A stretch of DNA of 62,373 nucleotides, counting the filler, from Rhabdomonas costata (taxonomy: Eukaryota): assembly GCA_019059605.1 (NCBI GenBank). It is 29 parts of 29 records of this genome, joined end to end, with 100 filler letters (N's around TTAATTAATTAA, not from the genome) between each part and the next. Parts side by side here need not be neighbours in the genome. Positions count along the whole stretch, not along the records: positions 49,554 to 51,607 come from JAHMHO010006057.1; positions 51,708 to 53,761 come from JAHMHO010006058.1; positions 53,862 to 55,914 come from JAHMHO010006059.1; positions 56,015 to 58,067 come from JAHMHO010006060.1; positions 58,168 to 60,220 come from JAHMHO010006061.1; positions 60,321 to 62,373 come from JAHMHO010006062.1; 23 more parts are not named here. One strand, given 5' to 3'. The notes under the pieces are model-generated. The model searched no databases. It had not been told where the DNA came from and saw only the letters and a program-made list of their open reading frames with translations. Positions 50,069 to 62,373 of the stretch are shown here, piece by piece. The stretch's first letter is position 1. Each line of letters opens with the position of its first letter. Both the position numbers and the translations under genes were made by a program.

Positions 50069-50761
50069 TTACAGCGCGTTCCACACATTGGCGCATAGGT
50101 TCGCTGCCGTCTCGTTTGCATAGGCGCAGCTAGTCTTCAGATGCTTGATGGAATTTTTTTTGAACCAGATGGCCTGAGGGTGTAATACGCCATACGTGTC
50201 AGCGGCCCACACGTAGTAGATCCATCTTGCGTCCTGCCATCCCTGCAGGTAACGCTTCTCCTTGTTATGGTTTGCCTTGTCCAAAGTATCTTTGGCCACG
50301 AAATTACCCAACACGACCGCGAAGTACAAAGCGTGTGTGCCTTTTGGAAGCATGTGCGTGAGGCGGGTAATAGTTCGGGAAGCTTTCACTTCAGTGCCTG
50401 GATGTTTTCGTCTCTGCATATGGCACGCATTGTCTCTTTGAGCACACTGTGGTAGCGTTCGCGACCACGAGCATTTGATCAGGTGTTTCCATTCTGTGTC
50501 ACTGTGAACTCCACTGTGATGGCAGCATGTCCCTTCTTCAATGCAATGGAGGCCAAGAAGCCATACTAGGGATGCGCGAAACTGACTGGGCGCCATAGAT
50601 ACCCACGGATTAGATTCAGTGAGCCAGCTGGTCGCGTGCGTGGACTGAAGATACAGCAGCTGTTCCTTGGTGTCCTCTTCCAATCTTGAGAAGAATTGTG
50701 CTTTACCCCGCGTATTTGTGCACGTAGAATTGCGCGGCTCAACCAAATTTCTGAATCTCAA
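50069..50761 (-). mobile_element. Decayed CRE-like retrotransposon C-terminus (Zn-knuckle plus restriction-like endonuclease)
   Basis: SWL...MAPSQFRASLVWLLG...CC..SDTEWKHLIKC, then KEKRY and AADTYG.LHP.A, matching the KxxKY and [E/D]TxG motifs of RLE-clade elements. Confidence 0.7.
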
Positions 50762-51999
50762 ATACTGCGCCCGTTTTTAATTTCAGTTACCGCTGATGGC
50801 TTTGTGAATGAACTGAGCAGGCAGGGTTTTTTGAATGGTGTTTTTGGTGGAGTCCGTGGAGTCCCGTTTAGAGAAGTTCCTGGTGTGGTGCTCGTGGAGG
50901 ATCGGTGTAACAGTGTTACGGTCCGGTCTGTGTACCTGGAAGTTTTGGTATGATTCATGCAAATCTGGTCAGATAGCCGTACCGTTTGGACCGATGCCCG
51001 CTACCCGGTACAAAAGCTTCGATATACACTAATCTTAGCCTTTGGGAAGATACGGGTGAAGGAGACCATGGTATATATCAGAGACTGGAGAATGGTATAT
51101 GATTTGTGTCTTCGTCAGGATGAGCTGGAGTGTGAAAAGGCGTGGCGTAGATGATGGCTCCGTGATGCTACAGAAGGAGAGTGATATCTAGGAGTAGGCG
51201 ACGGACAAGAGCGAGGAAGCAGCTAGAGTGGAAGATGGGAGAAATAAATTCTTCAGTCAAGCTGTGGACTTTTGACCGGTACATTTACGTTTCATGTAAC
51301 TCGCTATGGAAAAAAGTCTTGCAAGTCTCAAAACGTCTATCATAGTGCGTGTCTGTGTGGCCGAACAAAGTCAATCATTCAAAGCTTCAAGCCACTTTCA
51401 CACAGCGAGCTAACTTAACGGCACACGCTTTAAGCTTTAAGCCAAAAAAACGTTAGAGATTCGGTTTGCGTCATCTCAATGGATTCTCGTCAACAAAATG
51501 GCACACAAAAAAAACAGCGGAGTGAACAGCAAGTTAAATACACAAAACACGTAGGCACACACATTCACGGCAGCCACCGCCACAATCAAAACGCAAGAAA
51601 ACGATATNNNNNNNNNNNNNNNNNNNNNNNNNNNNNNNNNNNNNNNNNNNNTTAATTAATTAANNNNNNNNNNNNNNNNNNNNNNNNNNNNNNNNNNNNN
51701 NNNNNNNGTGGTGGGTGTGTGTGGTGTGGGTTGGCATCTTGGCGTATGGCATCCACTCCTCCACGATTTCAACCTAGGTGTGTCTTACCCTTGAGGTAGA
51801 ACGTGGGTGTTGTGATGTATATGTCGTGATGTGGTGTCGTGGCAATGAGTGGTGGTGGATGAAGCGCACACGTGGTCATTCGCGGATCAGAGATGTTAGC
51901 ACTTGTGTCTGTTCATTACTCATCCTCATCCAAACTACTTCACATATTTATTGCGTAGTGCACCTATGCTATGGTGTCACGTGGTGGTTTGAGTGCCTC

Positions 52000-53700
52000 T
52001 GGTGTCGATGTGCCGTAGTGGAGGTAGCTTAGGCCGACATGCCAGGTACGTTGCTTTAGCGTCACTACTTCCACACGACGTGATGTAACTGTTTAGCGTC
52101 AACCATATGCCTTGATGTCCATTGGGTGATGCTTGCAAGGACCACTTGTAGTGAAATGTGGGATTGTCCAGCGGATCCCAGCATGATACATACTTTAAGC
52201 CTACAAAGTGATGCTAGTGGTACCGCATGTTGGCACTCCACCAACTGCATAAAACCACACCAGAGATGGACGATGGCATGATGCGTTGTGATGACGTAAG
52301 CCCAATCTCTGAATTACGGTGACACATGGATGTTACCGGTACCGTGATGTCTGGTGATGCAAGGATGCCGCTTCACCACCCACCATAGGAGAGAACTTGA
52401 GGAGCGTGACTATGGGTGGTGATGTCGGGATGTTGTCATGGATGGGTGACGTGCTGATGCCAATGTTACAAGATGCGTTCTTGAGACCCAGATGCCAACC
52501 AGAGTGTAGGAGGATGCTCAACTGCTACTCTTACGCTACCACTACACACTCTTCACCGTGTACACAGTGTAACGAGAGAAGGTGGGAAATCCACCGCCAA
52601 CACGTAAATCTTATACAGAGTTGATGTTGGCGAGAGAGAGAGAAATTCATTCTTCTGAGATGGAAGTGTGAAGTGGAAGATGAAAACGTGGAGTAAAAAG
52701 TGTTGGGGTGGAAGATTATGCTTGCTACTCCACTTTGTTTTGTTTTACTCATCTTCCTTCTGTGCATAGGCCTCGCTCTTCGACTCATGCTCATATCCCA
52801 ACGCGTGTAACTAATGACCCACTTTACGCATACATCCACTACCCAGATGCACTCATACCGCTAAGATGCTGAAGTGAACACAAATGTGTATTCCCTCTGT
52901 TGCTACGCCCGGAAGAACGTAACCGTGTACGTGGCGGAAGACCGAAAGTAACCGTGTAAGTGGTGGAGTGAGTGGAGTGACACGTGGGTGTATTCTTCCT
53001 TCTGTGTTCATGATTTGAGGGGTTTTGATTGGCAACAATTATAATGGAGGGATGCTGGATTAAGTGGAGATGGTAGAATGATTGGCTAGAGTGATTATGG
53101 TATAATGGGGCGTGTGGACTATACTGGTGGATGCCGTCGTAATACATCTGGCTCATTTATGTCCAGGAAGAACCTTGGAAAAGAGAATAAATAAGATAAA
53201 ACAAAAAACAACCACCAAACGGGTGCACAGCTCTCCACAAAGCACAAATTCAATCAACATAACATCCAATGATTAAAAAGGAGCAGCATTGGCATTGAAA
53301 TTTACGTGCCGTTAACGCCTTACACATGTGGGCAGGAATACTTTGGCTTCCACATGTCTTGGAATTCAACACCTAGGGCAATTGGCGCTTGCATTGTACT
53401 CCACGGCTGTCGCAGGGATTGAAGAGCGGTTTACAACGGCTCATGACACTTAGGAGAGTCTTAGATAATAAGATGAAGAACACGTTTGTGTTCGACGAAG
53501 AAGAGGGAGTGGTAGATATACAAGAGATGTTGGAGGAATGGTTGACAATCTAAAGATTGGAGTTCAGTGCTTCAGTTAGGGTAGATGAGACCGCTGTTTC
53601 TGCAATAGCATAGAATATTTTTGTTGGTGAGATGATACGTCATAAAATCTCAAGAGGTGATAAAGCAGTGATGCATTTGGATAAAACCAGTTGATAAAGG
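52000..53700 (-). mobile_element. Highly decayed non-LTR (CRE-like) RT region
   Basis: RGVQ (~53405-53394; compare GVQQGDPL), GCYVD* (~53266-53250; compare YxDD) and LHSGWHLGL (~52510-52481; compare GGLGL) occur in the expected order with stops and frameshifts. Confidence 0.45.
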
Positions 53701-55145
53701 TTGATAAATATAGGTGAGCAATTGATTGATGAGAAAGATGAGGAAGAAGTGGAAGCAATATNNNNNNNNNNNNNNNNNNNNNNNNNNNNNNNNNNNNNNN
53801 NNNNNTTAATTAATTAANNNNNNNNNNNNNNNNNNNNNNNNNNNNNNNNNNNNNNNNNNNNTGTGGGTTTTAAGTAGAAGAGATGGCCCGCCATGCGTGT
53901 CCGCCGCCCAAAAGGAGCGACTCCATTCCGCGTCCTGGCATCCTTGCCGGTACCGCTGGTCCTTGTGCGGGTGTTGAAAAGGTGTCCACAGTTCCTTGAT
54001 TTGAACTTTTGAGCCCGTTCCCGCGCGACTGCGCGCAAATCATTCATTGCCCCACACCTTTTGAAGCAATTTCAATTGGGTTGTTTCGAGTTGTCCATAA
54101 AAATGGGGCTAAAAGCAAAAATTTGCGCGAGTAAACACAATTCCAGCATAATACATTGCATTGTGCCCTGTTGTTGGTTCCGGGGGGCTGCGAGCACGGC
54201 ACAGGACGAAAAGCAAGCCCCGAACAAATCTTTTTTGTGCTTTTGCGTTCTTTGGGGCAGTCCTGCTTGGACCGAGGTGTCAGCGGCGGAATTTCGCGGA
54301 GTTAACCAGGCCGGAACGACATTTGCTTTGTTCGATCGAAAAGAAGCTAAAATGCAAAATCGGGTGCTTCAAATGTGCTTTTGTCTTAGATTACCTTGCC
54401 TTTGCCTGTTATGCAGGAACCTGATTCCCCTATATCAACCCAACATGGAGGGCTCAACTGTGGCCACCTTCGACACCGTCGCTCCCTACGTGTCCTCCCG
54501 TTTGGACAGCATAAGAGTTGACTTAAACTGTTTTTTGTCGTTTAGGCGCAACAGCCTTCACTGGCTGCACTTGACACAAAAGTTGAGGGACGGTGTGTCC
54601 TCTTTGCAGATTTTGGGTTCCACAAAAAAAACACAGGCGCGCAGATTTAAACTATGAAACGACAACCACCCCAGTTTCAACCGTTGACAGTTACCCAAAG
54701 CTTCACTGTCACGGCGAGTCAGGAGGATTAACAATGGATGCGTCCACCTAGCCCTAACCATGGCGACGACAAGCAAAAGGATGAAAAGGCCTCCCACACG
54801 CAGCCACAACAGTTGTATAAAGGTAATCAAAGCGGCTGCTCTGTGGAGCCAACCCAAAGCACAGTCCAGCGGTCCTTCCTCTGCTCCACTGATATATACG
54901 CAGCTCACACTTCGACAGAAACGAGCAGAGAAAAAACACAGGCCCCATGCCAACGTCCCCTTAATCCTCTCCGATCCCTTCATCATCGGAACCACCGCAC
55001 CACCACACTTCTACCGAGGTGCGGCCGGAGCCACGGAGAGAGAGCAGGGAATACAAACGAAAGCAAAGCAAGAGGAAACCCCGGCCAACCCACTCACCAC
55101 CGAAACGGAGCCTTTTCGCGCTGTGTCCAAAATGAGGTGCTTTAC

Positions 55146-55341
55146 ATCGTGGCCAGTTCAGCCTTCAGGGTTTGGTGAGCGTTGGGCAGCAGGGCGGGGT
55201 GCACGGTGGACACCGGGACGCCGCGCTGCTCCAGCGGCAGAAAGTTGGCCGTGTCAACATCCAGGCGGGTGCGGTTGAACTTAGGCAGGATCGAGGGCTC
55301 CGGGAGGTCATCCTCAGGGGAGTACGTGGTACGGTAGTACC
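55146..55341 (-). CDS. Hypothetical protein exon
   Basis: AG/GT-bounded, GC3-rich exon YYRTTYSPEDDLPEPSILPKFNRTRLDVDTANFLPLEQRG...; a probable upstream exon lies at ~55715-55628 (VDEALTRGDMEARYKEISYLMSKRLP). Confidence 0.5.
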
Positions 55342-56014
55342 CTGAGACGAAGACAGAATGGAAAGGCGTGCACACCTCGCTTTCAAATGCACCCCTTCAA
55401 CTGGTGAGCGGATAAGGTGACGTTTCGGGACGAAATGAATGCTTGCCTCCAGAGAGGATGAAGCCTGCATGCCCCCAGCTGAACCCCTTTTTCCAATGAG
55501 CAAACACAAAGCCGGGATGAGGGCGTTCACATGCAATGAGCTGTCGACTTTATCACAAGTTAGCCAGAAAGTGCCCTACGCCGTCCCAACAACTTCTTCA
55601 CACCGGTCTGCCACGACAGGATCACCGCCGCGGGCAAGCGCTTGCTCATAAGGTAGCTGATTTCCTTGTAGCGGGCCTCCATGTCCCCACGGGTGAGCGC
55701 CTCGTCGACTCGCATCACAGCCCTTCACCCCATCCACCAAAAAATGTCACAAATACATATACAAAAAACAAACACACTACAACAATAGCTTTTCTACAAC
55801 AGTTTCTCATGTGAAGACCCACTTCGAATCTAATAACAATTCGGCAAACCAAAATATAAAATCAAGGCAAAAAAAGGCAAGAGGAACGAAGCGTCGCGTC
55901 CGAGGGAAAAAGCTNNNNNNNNNNNNNNNNNNNNNNNNNNNNNNNNNNNNNNNNNNNNTTAATTAATTAANNNNNNNNNNNNNNNNNNNNNNNNNNNNNN
56001 NNNNNNNNNNNNNN

Positions 56015-57804
56015 TGGGGGTTGTTTCCATTGCACCGCCAAACCGCGACCGGGACAGCACAGCCCCCACAAAGGAGCACCGAGAGAGGTCTGCCTTTTCC
56101 AGATTTGAGTCTGAAAGCACGGTGCAATGGAAACAGCCCCCAGAAAAGTTCCAGCTCCGAAAGTCACGCTCACTTAGGTCGGTGTTGTCAAACTTGCATC
56201 CCAAAGCTTCATGGCCGGCCACTCCATCTAGCCGAGCACCGACCAAAGTGCTGTCCGAAAAATCTGTGTTTCGAAGCGTGCACCCCGAAAAGTCGGCGTT
56301 AGACAGGCATACGGAGTGCAGACTTTGATTGGTGAAGTCAATCCCGCACAACTTGGCCCTGCTGAGGTCACAATTCCGTGACTGGTGCTTCTGCCCTAAA
56401 ACCCAGTTGTGCACAACGGCCCCCGAGAGATTGGAGTCAGCGAGACTCACGTTGATGAAGTGAACATCGGACAGTGAGGCCTGCGAGAGATCTGCATGGT
56501 ACAAGGCAGTTCCGAAGAATGAAGCGGAACTGAGGTCACACTGGGCCAGCACAGCGCTGGTCATTATCGCATTGTTGAACGTGCACCTGGACAAATCAGC
56601 ACCAGAAAAGTTCACCCCGGTGAGTCTTGCGTTGTCGAAGCGGCATCGGGCAAATTTCCACCCCGCAGAGAAGTCCCTTCCACTAAAGTTAACGCCCTCG
56701 AGATTGCACCCTGAAAAGTCTCGCTGCAGAATGTCATCCATCAGGCTTCCCGTGAAGTCTGCATCCGTCAAAATAGTGTCCCGAAACTTACATCCAGCGA
56801 GGTTGCACTCTGCAAAGATACGACCACTGAGGTTGAGGCCAGTAAAGTCCACCCCTGCGAGAGTAGCTCCACTGAAATTGGGATCACAGGTTGCTAAAAC
56901 ACTCCCAGTGAGGGAACCTGGGGTGAAGACGGCTTTGACCAGGACGCATGCAGTAAAAACAGTATTTTTCAATGTTGCTCCAGACAAGTTCCCACCCGCC
57001 AAGGTGGCGTTGGCAAACGAAGTGCAGGTCAGGTCGCACCCCGTAAAGACAGCATCAGAGAGGTCCGCGCCAACAAAAGAGCACCCCGAAAGGTTAGCGC
57101 CACGGAAGTTTGTGCGCGAGAGGTTGGCATTGAGAAACGTGCTGTCTGTGAAGTCCCAGCCCTGGCTGAAATCCCGGCCACTCAAGTTCGTGTCGTCAAA
57201 GGTGCACGAGCGAGCAGAACGGCCCAGGATTCCGCTGAGATCACACTGAGAGAAGTCGGAACCGGCGAAGTTCGTGTCCTGGATCCGACACCCTTGAAGT
57301 TTGCAGCCCACAAACACAAATCCCTGAAAGTCCAGTCCAGACAGATCTACTCCTGTTAAAACAGCCCCGGACAGATTCCCGTCGCGAGCTCCAAAGGTCC
57401 ATTTATCAATTGTAACGCCCGATAAGTTGACCCCAACCATCACAGCATTGGTAAAGGTGCAGCGCCGCAAGTTGCAGTCGGAAAACACAACATTGCTGAG
57501 ATTTGCTCCGGTAAAAACGCACGACGAAAGATCAGCGCCTGTAAAGTTGCACTCTTGCAGCGAAGCAGAGGAAAAGTTGCAGCCAGAGAAATCCCAGCCT
57601 CCCAAAAAGTTCCGCTTCCGCAGGTCAACGCCGGTAAAATTGCATTTGGTCAGGTCTTTGGAAAGGTCCTCCAAGATGGCATCGTTCATGACCGCCCCAA
57701 CGAAAGAAGCACCAGAGACGCGGGCCCTGGCCAAGTTTGTTTTTTGTAGGGAAGCAGAAGAAAGCCGACAGTTGGTTAGATTTGCGGCCACCAGAACTGC
57801 TTCC
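56015..57804 (-). CDS. Long pentapeptide-repeat protein (right-handed quadrilateral beta-helix), partial
   Basis: About 1.8-kb uninterrupted exon (AG acceptor at 57805) made of A[D/N]L[S/T]x and CxFxx repeats; it runs off the contig. Confidence 0.95.
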
Positions 57805-58374
57805 CTGAAGGATGACGTAAACAGAGAAGAACTCACAAGAATAGATGAACATTTAAAATAACGTGCAATGCATGTCCCCTCGTTTAATCGGCAACCCCCC
57901 CACAAGATATGTTAAATGAAACCAACGGACCAATATACACAAACAAACGACCGTACATTCATACACGCAGAAAGCAAAGGAAAGCAGAAACCCGACGCAC
58001 TCAAACCCCCGAATCGCAGACACGCATGAAGACCGATACCCTACGCATGAAACCCACACCCCACCCCNNNNNNNNNNNNNNNNNNNNNNNNNNNNNNNNN
58101 NNNNNNNNNNNTTAATTAATTAANNNNNNNNNNNNNNNNNNNNNNNNNNNNNNNNNNNNNNNNNNNNTGTGGGTGTGTCAAAAGGGAAAAACATCTCCTT
58201 CTGCGCAACAAACTCCTCAAGCTTTGAGTCTTGCCTCTATTGTCTGGTGTCTTCAAATGAAACAGTAGACTCGCGGAGCTAGCTGTCATCCATTTGCATG
58301 CAAACCCCAGTCCCACATTCTTTCCAAATAGGTTTTCTTTACTTCCTTCACTCTGCGTCCTTGAAATCACTCCG

Positions 58375-60220
58375 ATGGCGGTTGCCGAGGGAAGGCAGCA
58401 GCATCCTGCCGAGGTGCTAATCGATCTGGAGCATTTTTCAATCTTCCCTCCGACAAGGGCTGCTCCTATTGTGTACGACTTCACCATGAAAGTTCACCGC
58501 GGCACCTTGGTTGCGCTGATGGGTGGCTCAGGCTGCGGGAAGACAACGCTGATGGTGTACCTCACGACTCGGATGCGCGACGCGCACCGGGACTGGGGTG
58601 TGACCGCGACGAAAGACGTCCATCCCAAGCGTGTGGAGTTTGTTGCGCAGAAGGAGATGTTTTTCCCTTTTGACACGCCCGCGCGGCACTTGCTATTCAT
58701 CCGACAGCGCCGGTTCTCGGAAGACTTTGCCAAGTCGATGGAAGTGGTCAAGGAGACTTTGCGGCTTGTCGGGCTCAACGACGAAATGAAATGGTACACG
58801 CCGATTGGTGAAGGCGGACGTCAAAGCACCCTTTCGGGTGGAGAGCGCCGCCTGTTGACCATCGCCGCGGCCCTTGTGGTGAATCCCGATATGGTGATTC
58901 TGGATGAGCCCACCTCAGGGATGGACGGCTACACCGCTCTACACATCTGCAGCCAGCTGCGACAAATTGCACAGGTCCGAAAGACAACCTTCGTCGTCTC
59001 TATCCACCAGCCCTCACAGAAAGTCTTGGCACAGTTCGACAACATCGTGCGCATGACGCCCCCCGTTCCGCCGTTCCAGCGCCAGAGCCAGGGTAACGTA
59101 GCCGTGGTGATCGACACGCACAACGAAGCTGGAGGAAATAGCAGCGCTGTGGAGCTCAGCTCGAGGTCCATCCTGCCTCAGGCGATGCACCTATTCCGCC
59201 TTTATATGTGGCGCTGCTTTGTGCGGGGGTGGACCAACTGGCGCGCGGGTCCCCTACGGCTCGCCGCGTCGCTGGCATTTGCCATTCTATGTGGAATTGC
59301 CTGGGTCAACCTGGACTTCACCAACGGAAACTTCCTGCGGGACATCCTGGGCGCGTGTCTCGCGTTGATTGGGCTGTCTTTTGCACCGATCATTCTCAAC
59401 GCAACGCTATTCGCGGCAGAGCGTGACGTTCTCCTGGAGGAGTACACGCAGTTTTCCTATGTTGCCCTTTCCATGGAAATGCTCTCGCGGTTCCTCGCGG
59501 ACATCTTTGTGGGAGCATGTGCAGCGGCGGTTTTGTTGGTGGCTGCGCCAATAATCGGGTTCTACTACATTGGGTGGTACTTCCTGACGATGTGGATGCA
59601 GGCTTGGGCGGCGGATTCATTCGGGCTGTTCATCTCAATGCTGGCGGCGCCGCACGTCGCGATTGGGGTGATCATCCCCAACGTCGGTTTTCTAAGCATT
59701 GCGCTGGGCACAGGGCTGATGCAGCCTCCTATTGCAAATGAAGGTTACATCTTCCATGTCACCAAATGGATGTCATTCTTCAAGTACGGCTTCCAGGCGC
59801 TTCTCGTCAAGGAGCTTCCACGGACGACGACGACGTGCACCTCGAACTGCCTCCTTCCGGATGGTCCCACCATGCTTGATATGCTGCACCTCTCGGGCAG
59901 TGACTACACTGTGACGATGGGCTTCCAGTACCTGATGCTATTTGTGTTTGCGATCCTGTTTCGGGTGCTGTCCACTGTTGTTCTGCAGCGGCTGATTGCG
60001 GCTGGAAATCGGCGCTACTCTTACGATGGCACAGGTGACAAGCCCGCTAAAGCTGTCCTCTCTCAGACACAGGAAGTCGCTGCTCAAAGCCAGCTGGTTT
60101 TGATCGGGGACCAACAGGCCCTGGAAAATAGGCTGGACGCTGCAGTCCGCTCACCAATTTCAAGTCTCGATGCCATGTCACCAACAACATTTCCGGCCAG
60201 CACAACTCCACCCGAGATGC
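58375..60220 (+). CDS. ABCG (White-like) half-transporter, no intron evident, 3' partial
   Basis: Walker A GGSGCGKTT, signature LSGGERR, Walker B ILDEPTSG and H-loop SIHQP, then an ABC2-type TM domain (ER..L..E, WMSFFKYGFQAL). Confidence 0.95.
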
Positions 60221-60329
60221 NNNNNNNNNNNNNNNNNNNNNNNNNNNNNNNNNNNNNNNNNNNNTTAATTAATTAANNNNNNNNNNNNNNNNNNNNNNNN
60301 NNNNNNNNNNNNNNNNNNNNTTTTGGGGG

Positions 60330-60418
60330 GCACCTCGAGGCCTTTTATCATGTGCATACAAAAATCCAACCTCGCATATTATTCCATATTAGCACAAGAT
60401 AAAAGGCCTCGAGGTGCC
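60330..60418. repeat. ~26-bp inverted repeat at contig start (probable fold-back)
   Basis: GCACCTCGAGGCCTTTTATCATGTGC versus GCACAAGATAAAAGGCCTCGAGGTGC, one mismatch. Confidence 0.88.
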
Positions 60419-61189
60419 GCTGAAAGCCGAGCAAAGCCAGCCTGAGGTGAATGGGGGTACCCTATACCCAGAACGCCTCCCAGCTACGTGGGGGACGCTG
60501 TACAATGGTGCGGGTGTGGGACTGTGCAAGCCAGGCTAGGTAGGGCAACCTGAGGGACCCTCCTTTATGGTGCCTATGGAGACCTATGACGAATACACGC
60601 GGGACCTTAGGACAGCGGTTTGTCGAGTGCCACTATGCCGAACGCGTGATCGAAAGTGAGCGTGTGTGGTGGCTGGGGTCCCCATGAGGCTCGATTGCTT
60701 AGGGACAAAGCCCATAGATGTCCTATTTCTGCCATATGTATAATAGACATATGAGGAGCAGTGTATCCACCCAGAACGAAGACGAGCAAAAGAGAACCAG
60801 TCAATAAGGGAAGTGCCCAGACTTAATGTACGACATAAAATAAAAGCTGTGGAAAGCACACTAAAACGGAATAAGTTTCCCCCCTCCTCATCTAAATCTC
60901 CCTTACCCTGCGACATCTATTTATTTTGTCCTCCGGGCAGGTGGATACACTGCTCCACGTGTGCCGTATAATATTACAAATATTACGATGAACAGAACTC
61001 TCGATTTGTGTACAGAACAGCATAATGGTCTAGTGATCTTGGTGACTTACCCATCTTTCTGTTTTGCTATTACGAGGTCCGGGGCATGCCATTTGCATTC
61101 ACTTAAGTGCAGGGAGGTGCTGGATACTACTGTATTCAGCAAGCTTCTTCAACACAAGAAAGGCTTGCAAGCGGTGCAAGCAAACATAC

Positions 61190-62373
61190 CCGCGTGGTGA
61201 TGTTGATAAATGGGGCACTGCTGCTGCTGACGAAGCCGCTCAACCAGTCGCGGCCCCAGCTCAGCGCGGGCAAAATGTACCCGCGGTAACCGGTCATATT
61301 TCCGGAAATCGTCCAGGCCAGAGCGTTGGTGGTGGTGTCCCGAGCGAGGCCCATGAACGCCCCGTCTGCATAGCCCACCCCAGCATTGCTGACCTCAGTG
61401 TTGCCCTGTAGGCTGAAGAAGATCATCTTGCGGAACTCCTCCGGGAATGGATCAGCTAGGAAAATCAGGGCCCATGTGCAGAACCCGACGTACAAGCAAT
61501 CAAACAATACATCCACTGGGAAATCCAACAATTGCAACACGTCAGCAACAAAATTGAATCCAATATGGTACTTTGAATTCTTGCGTAAAGGATCCATCTC
61601 AAACGAAGCGTCAAAGATCGGACAATGTCTCAGCATATGTGGGTTCCCTCTCTGACACCGTGGTAGTGGTGGCCGGGGAAACCGCAGAAAAAATCTGGGA
61701 AATTGGGCAGAGTTACACACAGCCCAATCCTTAAAGGTAAGGGTGGGTTCCCTCTCTTGATCTCTGATGTTTCGCCAATCAAAATGCTGGTTTAATCGCA
61801 CAAATATGTGCGATTTATCAAGTTTACTCTCGCGATGGTTAAAATCAATCAGTTTGAAAAAGCTTGTACAGTGGTCATATAAGGTAAGTTACATTCCGAA
61901 ACTCAGTTTTAAGTATGTCACGAGTTTCCAACAGAAGTCATGGGATCCAGCGCTGGCCGTGTGAACATGACAGGTTTATATATCTGCGTGGTTGGTATCG
62001 TAAGCCGCAAAACCGCAAGTAAGCCGACCGTTTTTCATGGCGGTCTGCACAACAGAACCGAAACCAGACATTGAAACGGAAAGCAAAGAACCTTCACAAC
62101 TCACTCACGTCACATATACGCCCATATCCACAAAAGAGCGGGAGCAGGGGCACACCTGATGTAAAGGTGGCCTGCTCTTTTGCCACGAGATCTGCCATGC
62201 GCACGTGAGCCTGCAGCAGGTTCAGCACCTTGTTCTCCACCACAACCACGGAGAGGTCGCGGTATTTCGCTGCCACCGAGTCCATTGTGGCTTGAGTCCG
62301 GAAGTAAACCGGCAGGAAGGCCAGCAGTCCCACGAACACCACAGAGAGAGTAACCAGTGAGCCCACCACCCCC
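61190..62373 (-). CDS. Membrane receptor N-terminus with TM helix and Cache-like ectodomain (probable receptor cyclase), partial
   Basis: Exons 62373-62156 (TM LVTLSVVFVGLLAFLPVYF) and 61455-61190 (VGYADGAFMG...NITTR) join in frame via GT-AG. GxxDGxFxG and a terminal xxxxR (usually followed by PWY) suggest a Cache domain. Confidence 0.55.

Noticed and set aside
1-62373. Uniform ~2.05-kb segments as minichromosomes, or neighbouring genes as a cluster
   Set aside because: Segments start and end mid-gene and are unrelated; the uniform size fits length-sorted contigs. No linkage can be inferred across spacers.
1-62373. rRNA, tRNA, spliced-leader RNA or snoRNA genes; alternative genetic code
   Set aside because: None recognised by eye (a covariance-model search is needed to exclude them). 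Rebuilt genes translate with the standard code and end in TAA, TAG or TGA.

Overview
This window is not one locus. It is 29 unrelated eukaryotic contigs of about 2.05 kb each (2052-2063 bp, probably from a length-sorted assembly), joined by 28 artificial 100-bp spacers (N44-TTAATTAATTAA-N44). Most contig ends carry G/T-only (5') or C/A-only (3') tails, and four end in fold-back inverted repeats, which points to primer-based whole-genome amplification. Genes are intron-rich, so most ORF-track entries are noise; I rebuilt exon chains by hand. A kinetoplastid-like Skp1, receptor-type cyclase fragments, a MBOAT wax synthase, GC-AG introns and candidate non-GT-AG introns with base-paired ends suggest a euglenozoan, most likely a euglenid (inference). 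Recognisable gene fragments: RPAP1-like, PqiA-like, TMEM184/OST-alpha, PstS-like membrane receptor, ankyrin and Mib/Herc2-ankyrin proteins, a divergent adenylate kinase with a presequence, wax synthase, adenylyl cyclase, a CTFxP coiled-coil protein, WD40, SCP2-type thiolase, AGC kinase, MAPK, Skp1, a tandem short HMG-box protein, a pentapeptide-repeat protein, an ABCG half-transporter and a Cache-like receptor. There are also five decayed CRE-like non-LTR retrotransposon fragments. Best leads: the candidate non-conventional introns, the atypical adenylate kinase, the KAP-like HMG protein and a CRE-like element inside a Skp1 intron. All family calls come from motif recognition, not database searches.
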